Shown piece by piece: positions 46,098 to 54,496 of a stretch of 64,000 nt of DNA. Each line of letters begins with the position of its first letter. Within the stretch, counting starts at the first letter, position 1. Position numbers and translations under genes: made by a program. Origin of the DNA: Bacteroidales bacterium (GTDB lineage Bacteria; Bacteroidota; Bacteroidia; Bacteroidales; UBA1715). Where the stretch lies: assembly GCA_017516865.1 (NCBI GenBank), contig JAFXAU010000017.1, forward strand, positions 748 to 64,747, given 5' to 3'. The notes beneath the pieces are model-generated. The model had not been told where the DNA came from and did no database searches. It saw only the letters and a list, made by a program, of their open reading frames with translations.

Positions 46098-47150
46098 ATG
46101 AAGATACTGCCACATAAAAATATTGCAATACGGATTGCTCTTGTAGGTCTGCTGACGGCTGTGATTGTCGGTGTGGTTCTGTATTTTTTGCATGTGGAGA
46201 ATCCTTTTATCGCCGTGGCGACACTTGCTGTGTGTGAAATTGTTGTGCTGTATTTTGTCTCACGGATATTGATGAAGTCCTTCATCGTAGAGAAAATTCG
46301 CCCGATTTATAAGATAATCCGTTCCGCTCAAATGCCGAAATTCAAGGAATTGGTGAAAAGCGACGAGAATTTATTGGAAACAGCTTCGAAAGATGCCGAA
46401 GAATGGGCGGCACGTAAAAGCGAAGAGTTGGAACAACTTAAAAAGCAGGAGTTGTTCCGAAAGGAATATATAGGTAATGTGGCTCACGAGCTAAAGACAC
46501 CGATTTTTACAATTCAAGGCTATGTTTCCACATTGCTCGACGGCGGCTTGTACGACGAGTCAATCAACCGTAAATATTTGGAACGGTCCGACAAGGTGAT
46601 TCAACGCATGACGTCGATTGTAAACGATTTGGACGCCATCAACCGATTGGAGTCGGGAGAGCTTAAGATGGAATATACCGCATTTAATATTGTGGATTTA
46701 GTGAATGAGATATTCGAATCGCAGGAATATTTGGCAAAAGAAAGAAATGTTACGCTCTCGCTTGAACTGACATATCCTAAAAACACCATGGTGGTGTATG
46801 CCGACCGTATGAGAATAAGTATGGCATTGTCGAATCTTATTGTCAATGCAATAAAATATAATAAACCCGAAGGTGGCTCGGTGCGAGTGCGTTTTTTCGA
46901 CATGGACAGCCGTTTCCTTGTAGAGGTTTCCGATACGGGTATCGGTATTCCGCAGGATTGTCAGGGACGAATTTTTGAACGGTTTTTCCGTGTTGACAAA
47001 AGCCGTTCACGCGAACAGGGCGGAACCGGTCTCGGACTTGCAATAGTAAAGCACGTGGTCGAGGCTCACGGTGAAACAATAAATATGAAAAGTACACTTA
47101 ATAAAGGTACCTCGTTTTCATTTACAATAAAGAAAGGTGTAATACAATAA
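46098..47150 (+). CDS. sensor histidine kinase (two TM helices with a minimal external loop; HisKA + HATPase_c)
   Basis: H-box NVAHELKTPI, N-box NLIVNAIKYN, G-boxes DTGIGI and GGTGLGL. Confidence 0.9.
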   Translation: MKILPHKNIAIRIALVGLLTAVIVGVVLYFLHVENPFIAVATLAVCEIVVLYFVSRILMKSFIVEKIRPIYKIIRSAQMPKFKELVKSDENLLETASKDAEEWAARKSEELEQLKKQELFRKEYIGNVAHELKTPIFTIQGYVSTLLDGGLYDESINRKYLERSDKVIQRMTSIVNDLDAINRLESGELKMEYTAFNIVDLVNEIFESQEYLAKERNVTLSLELTYPKNTMVVYADRMRISMALSNLIVNAIKYNKPEGGSVRVRFFDMDSRFLVEVSDTGIGIPQDCQGRIFERFFRVDKSRSREQGGTGLGLAIVKHVVEAHGETINMKSTLNKGTSFSFTIKKGVIQ

Positions 47151-47159
47151 ATTCCGTCT

Positions 47160-47837
47160 ATGTCTCAGGAAAATACAATATTGATTGTTGACGACGAACC
47201 AGATATTATAGAAATTCTCCGTTATAACTTGGAGAAGGAAGGCTATAAGACGTATTCTGCCACAAATGGTTTGGATGCAGTTGCCAAAGCGGAATCTATT
47301 TTGCCAGATTTGATTTTGTTAGACGTGATGCTGCCCGACATGGACGGCATTCAGACGTGCGAAACAATACGGAGCAAGCCGGAACTTCGCGACACGCTCA
47401 TTGCTTTCTTGACAGCCCGAAGCGAAGATTACTCCGAAATAGCGGGATTTCAGGCAGGCGCCGACGATTATATTACTAAGCCGATTCGTCCGAAAGTTCT
47501 TATCTCGCGCATCCAGTCGCTTTTGAAAAGAACCCGTCAGCAGGTCGATACAAAAATTATTTCGTACAACGAGATTGTCTTGAATAAAGAAAAAATGCTT
47601 GTCGAAATGGACGGAGTATCGCTAACGTTGCCCAATAAGGAGTTCCGCTTGCTGGAATTGCTGATTTCCAAACCCGAACGGGTGTTTACCCGTAAAGAAA
47701 TTTATTCTTTGATTTGGGGAAGCGACATTATTGTCGGCGATAGAACAATTGACGTGCATATTCGTAAGTTGAGGGAAAAATTACAAGAACGCTACATTTA
47801 TACAATAAAAGGAGTGGGATATGTGTTTACAAGATAA
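47160..47837 (+). CDS. OmpR/PhoB-family response regulator
   Basis: Receiver domain ILIVDDEPDI...LLDVMLPDMDG and a winged-helix C-terminus ...RTIDVHIRKLREKL...IYTIKGVGYVF. Confidence 0.92.
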   Translation: MSQENTILIVDDEPDIIEILRYNLEKEGYKTYSATNGLDAVAKAESILPDLILLDVMLPDMDGIQTCETIRSKPELRDTLIAFLTARSEDYSEIAGFQAGADDYITKPIRPKVLISRIQSLLKRTRQQVDTKIISYNEIVLNKEKMLVEMDGVSLTLPNKEFRLLELLISKPERVFTRKEIYSLIWGSDIIVGDRTIDVHIRKLREKLQERYIYTIKGVGYVFTR

Positions 47838-48486
47838 AAAAATTCGTGCGTGTATTTTTGATATGGACGGTGTGCTGGTGAACACCGAGAAATATCATTT
47901 TATGGCGTGGCAACGACTGACCGAGACGTTGGGATTCACGATAGACGAGAAATTTAACGAAAATCTAAAGGGCGTAAGCCGTTCGGTATGTGTTGATTTA
48001 ATACTCAAACATGGAGGTTTGACAAAAACTCAAGAAGAGAAAAATGCTCTTGCCGCTCAAAAAAATGAGTGGTTTTTGGAGTTCGTCAAGACGGAAGTAA
48101 CTCCGGCAAACGTCTATCCGGGTGTTTTGGACTTTTTGCATTCGTTGAAATCGAAGGGTTATAAAACAGCGGTTGGTTCTGCAAGTAAAAACACAATGCT
48201 GCTGCTCAATAAGTTGGAAATAATTCAATATTTCGATGCCATTGTCGATGGAAACATGATTGAGAAGGCGAAGCCAAATCCCGAAGTGTTTTTGAAAGGT
48301 GCGGAACTTTTGAATGTCAGACCATGCGAGTGCGTTGTGTTTGAAGATGCGTACAGCGGTGTAGAGGCCGCGAAAAACGGCGGTATGTATTGTATTGGCG
48401 TGGGTTCGCCCGAAGTGCTCTCGAAAGCAGATTTTTGTATTCGTACATTTATGGAAATGAATGTGGAAAGATTGAAAGAATTATAA
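47821..48486 (+). CDS. pgmB: beta-phosphoglucomutase / HAD-IA hydrolase
   Basis: Contains CIFDMDGVLVNTE (DxD nucleophile), GSASKN and EDAYSGVEAA. Overlaps the response regulator by 17 nt. Confidence 0.75.
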   Translation: MCLQDKKIRACIFDMDGVLVNTEKYHFMAWQRLTETLGFTIDEKFNENLKGVSRSVCVDLILKHGGLTKTQEEKNALAAQKNEWFLEFVKTEVTPANVYPGVLDFLHSLKSKGYKTAVGSASKNTMLLLNKLEIIQYFDAIVDGNMIEKAKPNPEVFLKGAELLNVRPCECVVFEDAYSGVEAAKNGGMYCIGVGSPEVLSKADFCIRTFMEMNVERLKEL

Positions 48487-48498
48487 ATCCAAAATTTA

Positions 48499-48506
48499 TA
48501 TATTTG
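48499..48506 (+). promoter_or_regulatory. Bacteroidetes -7 promoter box (TATATTTG)
   Basis: Exact match 35 nt upstream of the tpiA ATG. Confidence 0.55.
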
Positions 48507-48541
48507 CACGGTAAAAAAGTAAGTACTTAATTTTTATAACA

Positions 48542-49291
48542 ATGAGAAAAAAAATAGTAGCAGGAAACTGGAAATGTAACACTACTCTGCAAGAAGGTGT
48601 TGCATTGGCAAAAGAAGTAAACAGTATCGTAAAAACTTCTGACGTTCAAGTAATTTTGGGAACTCCGTTCATTCACTTGACAGAAGTTGTAAAATTAGTT
48701 GACAATAAGGCAATTGCAGTTGCAGCTCAAAACTGTGCGGCAGAACCGAAAGGCGCTTTCACAGGCGAAGTTTCTGCAGCAATGGTTAAATCAACAGGTG
48801 CACAATATGTAATTCTTGGTCACAGCGAACGTCGTGGTTACTACGGCGAAACAAGCGAAATCTTGAACAAAAAATTGGCTTTGGCGTTGGAAAATGGTTT
48901 GACACCAATCTACTGCTGTGGTGAAGCTCTTGATGTTCGCGAAGCTGGAAAACAAAACGAATTTGTTATCAATCAGTTGGAAGAAACAATCTTCAAATTG
49001 TCTGCTGACGATTTCAAAAAATTGGTTATCGCTTACGAACCAATTTGGGCAATCGGTACAGGTAAAACTGCTACTTCTGACCAAGCAGAAGATATGTTGA
49101 AGACAATCCGTGAAGCTATTGCTGCTAAATATGGTAAAGCAATCGCAGACGAAACTTCTATTCTTTACGGTGGTAGCTGCAATGCGAAAAATGCAAAAGA
49201 ATTGTTCGCAAAACCAAACATCGACGGTGGTTTGATTGGCGGCGCTTCGTTGAAGGCAGAAGACTTCAACACAATCGTGATGTCGTTCTAA
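48542..49291 (+). CDS. tpiA: triose-phosphate isomerase
   Basis: Contains GNWKCN, GHSERR and [11 protein letters not shown]. Confidence 0.96.
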   Translation: MRKKIVAGNWKCNTTLQEGVALAKEVNSIVKTSDVQVILGTPFIHLTEVVKLVDNKAIAVAAQNCAAEPKGAFTGEVSAAMVKSTGAQYVILGHSERRGYYGETSEILNKKLALALENGLTPIYCCGEALDVREAGKQNEFVINQLEETIFKLSADDFKKLVIAYEPIWAIGTGKTATSDQAEDMLKTIREAIAAKYGKAIADETSILYGGSCNAKNAKELFAKPNIDGGLIGGASLKAEDFNTIVMSF

Positions 49292-49315
49292 TCATTTGAT
49301 AGATATAGAGAGCAA

Positions 49316-49348
49316 AGAGAGGGTTTTGTGTAAAATCCTCTCTTTTTT
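49316..49348 (+). terminator. intrinsic terminator after tpiA
   Basis: AGAGAGGGTTTT-gtgt-AAAATCCTCTCT (one G-U pair) followed by a T-run. Confidence 0.8.
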
Positions 49349-49421
49349 ATTGTACCTGTAGCAAGTTATAACGAGTAATGTTTTTTCAAAAAAATCATTA
49401 CTTTAGCGAAAAATTTCAGCG

Positions 49422-50801
49422 ATGTCACAGATAAAGTATTTTTCTACAAATCATAAGGCTGCCGAAGTGACGTTCGGCGAGGCTCTGTTGAAGGGTTTGG
49501 CTCCCGATAAGGGCTTGTTCATGCCCAATGCAATCCCGTCGTTTTCTCCGCAGGAGTTAAATAGTTTGAAGGGGAATCAGTATTATGAGATAGCTGCAAA
49601 AGTGTTCTCGAAATTTCTTGGCGACGAGGTTCCTATGGCTGATTTGTTGGCGATGACGAAGGATGCCTACAATTTTGCCGTTCCGTTGGAACAGGTTGTC
49701 GACAGAAAATATGTGATGCGTCTTGACCAAGGACCGACGGCTTCTTTCAAGGATTTTGCCGGTCGTATGATGGGACGTATGATGCAATATTATCTGAAAC
49801 AGAAAAATGAAAATAAGTTGATTCTTACTGCAACATCGGGCGACACGGGTAGTGCGATGGCTCATGCGTTTTATGGTTTGAACAACATTCAAATTGCCGT
49901 GCTTTTCCCGAAAAACGAGGTGAGCGAACGTCAGCGTAAACAAATGACTACGTTGCAGAAAAATGTCCAGATTATCGCAATCGACGGCAAGTTCGACGAC
50001 GCTCAGGCTATGGTGAAACAAGCGTTCTCCGACCCTGATTTGGCGTGTTTGAATTTTACGAGTGCAAACTCTATAAATATTGGTCGACTGATTCCGCAGA
50101 TTGTGTATTACATTTATTCATATACACAGTTACGGAAACAAGACAGCGACGAACTTGAACCAGTTGTGTTCTGCATTCCGTCGGGAAATTTCGGCGACAT
50201 GATGGGCTGTGTTCTTGCAATGAAAATGGGCTTGCCAGTTAAGAGAATTCTTGTGGCGACCAACGAAAACGACGAGTTCGAAACGTTGATGAAAACTCAC
50301 ACATACAAAAAAATAGAACCGTCGAAAAACTGTCTCTCAAGTGCCATGAACGTCGGTCACCCAAGTAACTTGGCCCGTCTTATAGAGTTGTTCGATGGAA
50401 ATATGGACGAGAACGGCGTCATTCACAAGGAGCCAAATTACAAAGAAATGGATAAAATCTTTGTAGCTCAAAGTGTGACTGACGAACAGACTCGTGAGAC
50501 TATCCGTCAGGCGTGGGCACAGTATCACATTGTGCTGGAACCTCATGGTGCGGTAGGGTGGAAGTGTGTCGAAGATTTTATTGCTAAAGAGAAACCATCT
50601 GCGGAACAGTTGCTCATCTCTTTGGAGACGGCGCATCCTGCTAAATTCCCGCAGGCAATAATCGATACCATTGGTGTTGACCCTGAATTGCCCGACAGTT
50701 TGAAGGAAATTGAATCGAAAGAAGAACATTACGATTCCATCGACGGTAATTATCCTACATTCAAGGAGTATTTGGATAAACGCTACGGATGGAGAAAATA
50801 A
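49422..50801 (+). CDS. thrC: threonine synthase
   Basis: 459 aa. PLP-lysine context GPTASFKDFAG, plus SSGNFG-like SGNFGD. Confidence 0.88.
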   Translation: MSQIKYFSTNHKAAEVTFGEALLKGLAPDKGLFMPNAIPSFSPQELNSLKGNQYYEIAAKVFSKFLGDEVPMADLLAMTKDAYNFAVPLEQVVDRKYVMRLDQGPTASFKDFAGRMMGRMMQYYLKQKNENKLILTATSGDTGSAMAHAFYGLNNIQIAVLFPKNEVSERQRKQMTTLQKNVQIIAIDGKFDDAQAMVKQAFSDPDLACLNFTSANSINIGRLIPQIVYYIYSYTQLRKQDSDELEPVVFCIPSGNFGDMMGCVLAMKMGLPVKRILVATNENDEFETLMKTHTYKKIEPSKNCLSSAMNVGHPSNLARLIELFDGNMDENGVIHKEPNYKEMDKIFVAQSVTDEQTRETIRQAWAQYHIVLEPHGAVGWKCVEDFIAKEKPSAEQLLISLETAHPAKFPQAIIDTIGVDPELPDSLKEIESKEEHYDSIDGNYPTFKEYLDKRYGWRK

Positions 50802-51376
50802 TTCTTGGCATTGACCCTGGTACGAATGTTTTGGGCTACGGCTTGCTGAAAGTCGAAGGCAAGACATTGTCGGTGTTGGAAATCGGCGTTGTTGAAATGC
50901 AGAAAATTGGCGACCCGTATGTCAAGTTACAGAAAATATACAAGACGCTTTCCGAAATTGTGGAACGCTATGCTCCCGACGAGATGGCGTTAGAGGCTCC
51001 TTTCTATGGGAAAAATGTTCAGTCGATGTTGAAGCTTGGTCGTGCTCAGGGCGTTGCCATGGCGGTCGGACTGTCTCGCGACATTGTAATACACGAATAT
51101 GCTCCGAGAAAGATAAAATTGTCGATTACGGGCTCGGGTGCGGCTTCGAAAGAACAAGTTTCAGCCGTGTTGTCGAAAATGTTGAGGTACGAAAACACAC
51201 AGAAGTATCTCGATGCAACCGATGCGTTGGCTGTCGCTGTCTGTCATTATTATCAGATTTCGAAACCGAATTTCGACGAAGTTGAAAAATCGATAAAGAA
51301 AACACCGGTGAGACATGGTAAAAAACAATCGTGGGAGCAGTTTGTCGTTCAAAATTCTAATAGAGTAATCAGATAA
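50789..51376 (+). CDS. ruvC: crossover junction endodeoxyribonuclease RuvC
   Basis: Contains ILGIDPGTNVLGYG...LEAPFYGKNVQS...TDALAVAVCH. Confidence 0.92.
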   Translation: MEKIILGIDPGTNVLGYGLLKVEGKTLSVLEIGVVEMQKIGDPYVKLQKIYKTLSEIVERYAPDEMALEAPFYGKNVQSMLKLGRAQGVAMAVGLSRDIVIHEYAPRKIKLSITGSGAASKEQVSAVLSKMLRYENTQKYLDATDALAVAVCHYYQISKPNFDEVEKSIKKTPVRHGKKQSWEQFVVQNSNRVIR

Positions 51377-52101
51377 TGAATCAGATACATGAAATAGAAT
51401 TCAACAAAGTTCGTTCGACTACGGAAATTTTCGAAGATTTTTGGAATTTCATCAAAGAAGAATGGCGGCAATATTTTTTGCTTATGTCTGTTGCGGTTTT
51501 GCCGTTCTTAATGATTCAGGCGTATTTTATGACGCAGATGGCCGCTGACGGTTTTCTCGATGCGGTGGAAATGGAAAAATCGATGAATAGTTTACTGGTT
51601 GCGGCTCTTATGGCTTTTTTAGCAAAATTTGCTGCCATTTTTGTTACTTCGTCGTATATAATAAGTTACCGAAACGGAAAAACCTTGGATTTTGACGGGC
51701 TAAAATCTATGCTGTCTACGCATGGTCTGCGTGCATTGGGTGCAACAGCCGTCATGATGGTGCTTCTTTCGTTGGGATTTATCTGTTTTTTCATTCCCGG
51801 AGTCATATTGTTGCCGCCGTTGTCAATGTTGGTGTACGATGTAATAGTGTCGGGGCTGCCGACGTTCACGTGTCTTTCGCGTTGTATAAATCTTTGTAAG
51901 ACAAATTGGCGGCAGAGTTTCGGCGTGGTACTGATTTGTTATGCAGCACTTTTAACGGTGTCGTGGCTTGTCGGTTATGTGCCTGTAGGCGAGACAGCTT
52001 CGATATTTGTCGCTTCGTTTTTCTCAATGGTGTCGGAATCAGTTGTGATACCTTTTATATTGATGTATTATAGTTTAGCAAATCAGAATTTACAATTATG
52101 A
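51376..52101 (+). CDS. hypothetical polytopic membrane protein
   Basis: 241 aa with about 5 predicted TM helices. No family recognised. Confidence 0.55.
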   Translation: MNQIHEIEFNKVRSTTEIFEDFWNFIKEEWRQYFLLMSVAVLPFLMIQAYFMTQMAADGFLDAVEMEKSMNSLLVAALMAFLAKFAAIFVTSSYIISYRNGKTLDFDGLKSMLSTHGLRALGATAVMMVLLSLGFICFFIPGVILLPPLSMLVYDVIVSGLPTFTCLSRCINLCKTNWRQSFGVVLICYAALLTVSWLVGYVPVGETASIFVASFFSMVSESVVIPFILMYYSLANQNLQL

Positions 52102-52397
52102 TTGTCGTTAATGAAACAATATCGTTTGCCGAAACTATACAGGATGCGGCGTTGAACTGGATAAAGACGGATTATATGCCTTTGTTGAAGGCTTGTCCGG
52201 TGGTTCTCAGTGTTGAATTTTTTCAAGTTGAAACACAGCAAGGTGCCGACGACACGTTTGCTCTGCAAATTCGTTTTAATACGCAAGAAGCTTATAGTCA
52301 ATACACATCTCTGTTTCAAAGAGATTTTGACGGAGCGTTGTTTGCAAAATTCGGAAATCAGTTTGGCATATTTAAGACAATATTGACTTCGCTATGA
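52098..52397 (+). CDS. DUF4286 family protein
   Basis: 99 aa. The N-terminus MIVVNETISF...W...YMPLL resembles DUF4286. The call is moderately weak. Confidence 0.5.
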   Translation: MIVVNETISFAETIQDAALNWIKTDYMPLLKACPVVLSVEFFQVETQQGADDTFALQIRFNTQEAYSQYTSLFQRDFDGALFAKFGNQFGIFKTILTSL

Positions 52398-53242
52398 TTC
52401 TTTTGGCTGACAGTGGTTCCACAAAGACTGAGTGGATGTGCGTTTCGTCCGAAACAATACGTTTTACGACTATAGGACTGAATCCATATTTCGCGGATGA
52501 AGATACGATTTGTATGGAACTGCGTGAGAAAATGCCACAATCGTTGAAGGCGGAGCAGGTTGAAAAAGTCTTTTTTTACGGTTCGGGGTGCGGTAGTGCG
52601 GAATCGAAAAATGTTGTCCGTAAAGGATTGCAACGTGTTTTTACAAAGTCGGAAATAACCGTGGAAACCGATTTGGTGGGTGCGGCGATTGCCTGTTATG
52701 GAGCAGGACAGGGCGTTGTTGCAATTTTGGGAACGGGAATGAATATCGGATATTGGAATGGTAAAACCGTGGAGACTCCGTTGCCTTCGTTGGGTTACGT
52801 GTTAGGTGATGCCGGCAGCGGTGCGGTTATTGGGCGTCGGTTGCTTCGGGCGATTTACGAACAGCGTGTTTCACAAAAAATCGTTGAATCTTTTCAAGAA
52901 GAATATCATTTAGAAGTTCCAGAACTTTTGAGTCGGGTGTACAAACAACCCCGTCCCAATACGTTTCTTGCGCAATTTGTCCCTTTTGCCGCAAAATATC
53001 GTAATGAAGCGGCAATACAGGAATTGTTACAAACTTCGTATCGGGAATTTTCAGATTTTTATGTAAAACCAGTGGCAAAGAAATACGATGTGAAAGAAAT
53101 TTCCATCGTTGGCTCGTTGTCGGTCGTTTTTAAAGAAGAAATAATGCAGAATTTGCGTGAAGTTGGAGTTGATTTGCAGAAAACTATCGCCAATCCGCTA
53201 GACGAGATTGGTAGTAATTTTGAACAACGAAAGGTGCTTTAG
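52394..53242 (+). CDS. BadF/BadG/BcrA/BcrD-type ATPase (N-acetylglucosamine kinase-like)
   Basis: Contains ILLADSGSTKTEW and ILGTGMN...GYVLGDAGSG, motifs of the ASKHA fold. Confidence 0.8.
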   Translation: MILLADSGSTKTEWMCVSSETIRFTTIGLNPYFADEDTICMELREKMPQSLKAEQVEKVFFYGSGCGSAESKNVVRKGLQRVFTKSEITVETDLVGAAIACYGAGQGVVAILGTGMNIGYWNGKTVETPLPSLGYVLGDAGSGAVIGRRLLRAIYEQRVSQKIVESFQEEYHLEVPELLSRVYKQPRPNTFLAQFVPFAAKYRNEAAIQELLQTSYREFSDFYVKPVAKKYDVKEISIVGSLSVVFKEEIMQNLREVGVDLQKTIANPLDEIGSNFEQRKVL

Positions 53243-53411
53243 TAAGAGCGGAAGTGGATAGCCAATAGTAATCCCATAAAATTGAAAAATCGTGTTTTAT
53301 TTAAAAAGTTTTTTCTGAAAAAATCGTGCTTTGAAAATTCTGAATATCAATATTTTGAGAAAAAGTTTCAAGAAAGGTAATTGTAAATTATACACTTTTT
53401 GAAGAAAACAC

Positions 53412-53441
53412 TTGACAAGAATAAAAAATGTTGTATCTTTG
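53412..53441 (+). promoter_or_regulatory. full Bacteroidetes promoter: -33 TTG, a 19-nt gap, then -7 TATCTTTG
   Basis: TTGACA at 53412 and TATCTTTG at 53434-53441. No plausible ORF lies downstream before a terminator-like hairpin. Confidence 0.6.
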
Positions 53442-53447
53442 TCTCAT

Positions 53448-53636
53448 CAAAATCAAGCAAATTATGCGAGGTTTGATATTAGTACATTGAGATTTCATAA
53501 TCAAGATAAACGGGTAGCCAGATCTTCTCTTTTTTTCATGGTGTTGCGGCTTTTTCATGATTGGTTATGTGGTGTTTGAGGTTAATGTAAGGTAGTTTTT
53601 AGTTAATTTCTTCTTCTCTGGTTACCCGTTTTTATA
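53448..53636 (+). ncRNA. candidate small non-coding RNA of about 190 nt (unnamed)
   Basis: Bounded by the promoter at 53412-53441 and a 15-bp stem (53508-53522 with 53617-53631, one G-U pair) followed by a U-run. The downstream gene has its own -7 box. Confidence 0.35.
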
Positions 53637-53675
53637 TTTTCCCTTTTTATATTTTTTATTTACGTTTTATAATTT

Positions 53676-53683
53676 TATCTTTG
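53676..53683 (+). promoter_or_regulatory. Bacteroidetes -7 promoter box (TATCTTTG) of the PASTA gene
   Basis: Exact match 23 nt upstream of the ATG at 53707. Confidence 0.55.
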
Positions 53684-53706
53684 TTCATGCGTTTAAATGA
53701 ACAATT

Positions 53707-54480
53707 ATGGATTGGAAAAAACATAAATATCTATTTGTAAACCTGATTTGTATCCTTGTTTTTATAGTGGTAGCCTTTGTGTTGTTCGATGTGTGGCTAA
53801 AATCGTGGACTTCGCATGGCGAAACGATAGAGGTTCCCGATCTGTCGTCATTGGAGGTTTCCGACGCTCAGTTGGTGGCAGAAAAAGACGGCCTGTTGGT
53901 GAAGGTGAACGATACGTTGAGTGTCGAAGGTTTTGCTCCTGGCGTTGTGGTTGACCATTTCCCGAAAAAGGGAGCAAAAGTGAAGACGGGACGAACAATT
54001 TATTTGTCGGTCAATTCAATGTCGCCAGTGATGGTTGTGATGCCTAAAGTTACGGACGTTTCGTTGCGTCAGGCTACGCAGTTGCTGGAAAATAGAGGAT
54101 TGAAGTTGGGAACAATTGAGTACAAACCCGATTTTGCCGATAATTATGTGTTTGAACAGCGAATTGCATCTCGTCAGATTGAGCCGGGTTCAAAAGTCCC
54201 AAAAGGAACTGCCATAGATTTGTTGGTCGGCAAAGGCGGAGCCGGTGTTGAAATTTCCGTTCCCGACCTTGTGGGTATGTCGTGGCGCACTATTTCCGAT
54301 TCGTTGGTCGCACGTGGACTTGTTGTCAATCCAATTTATAAAAGCGACGTAAGAACGGCCGAAGATTCTATCAAAGCTCGTGTACAGTCTCAGTCTCCAG
54401 TTGGTGGCTCACGTATGATGGCAAGTGGCGTAATAGATGTTTGGCTCGGAACAGGGACTGAAGAAATAATAATTGATTAA
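53707..54480 (+). CDS. PASTA domain-containing membrane protein (three PASTA repeats)
   Basis: N-terminal TM helix followed by three repeats of about 65 aa, each beginning V(P/T)D(L/V)(S/V). Confidence 0.8.
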   Translation: MDWKKHKYLFVNLICILVFIVVAFVLFDVWLKSWTSHGETIEVPDLSSLEVSDAQLVAEKDGLLVKVNDTLSVEGFAPGVVVDHFPKKGAKVKTGRTIYLSVNSMSPVMVVMPKVTDVSLRQATQLLENRGLKLGTIEYKPDFADNYVFEQRIASRQIEPGSKVPKGTAIDLLVGKGGAGVEISVPDLVGMSWRTISDSLVARGLVVNPIYKSDVRTAEDSIKARVQSQSPVGGSRMMASGVIDVWLGTGTEEIIID

Positions 54481-54496
54481 TCTATAAGGCTGGAGA

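Noticed and set aside
53508-53631. The 15-bp inverted repeats flanking 94 bp could mark an invertible (phase-variable) promoter segment.
   Set aside because: No TAnnTTTG box lies inside the segment in either orientation. There is no recombinase gene nearby, and the repeat does not resemble the Bacteroides invertase target sequences I know. A U-run directly follows the 3' arm, which fits a terminator or RNA stem better. PhaseFinder-style read analysis would settle it.
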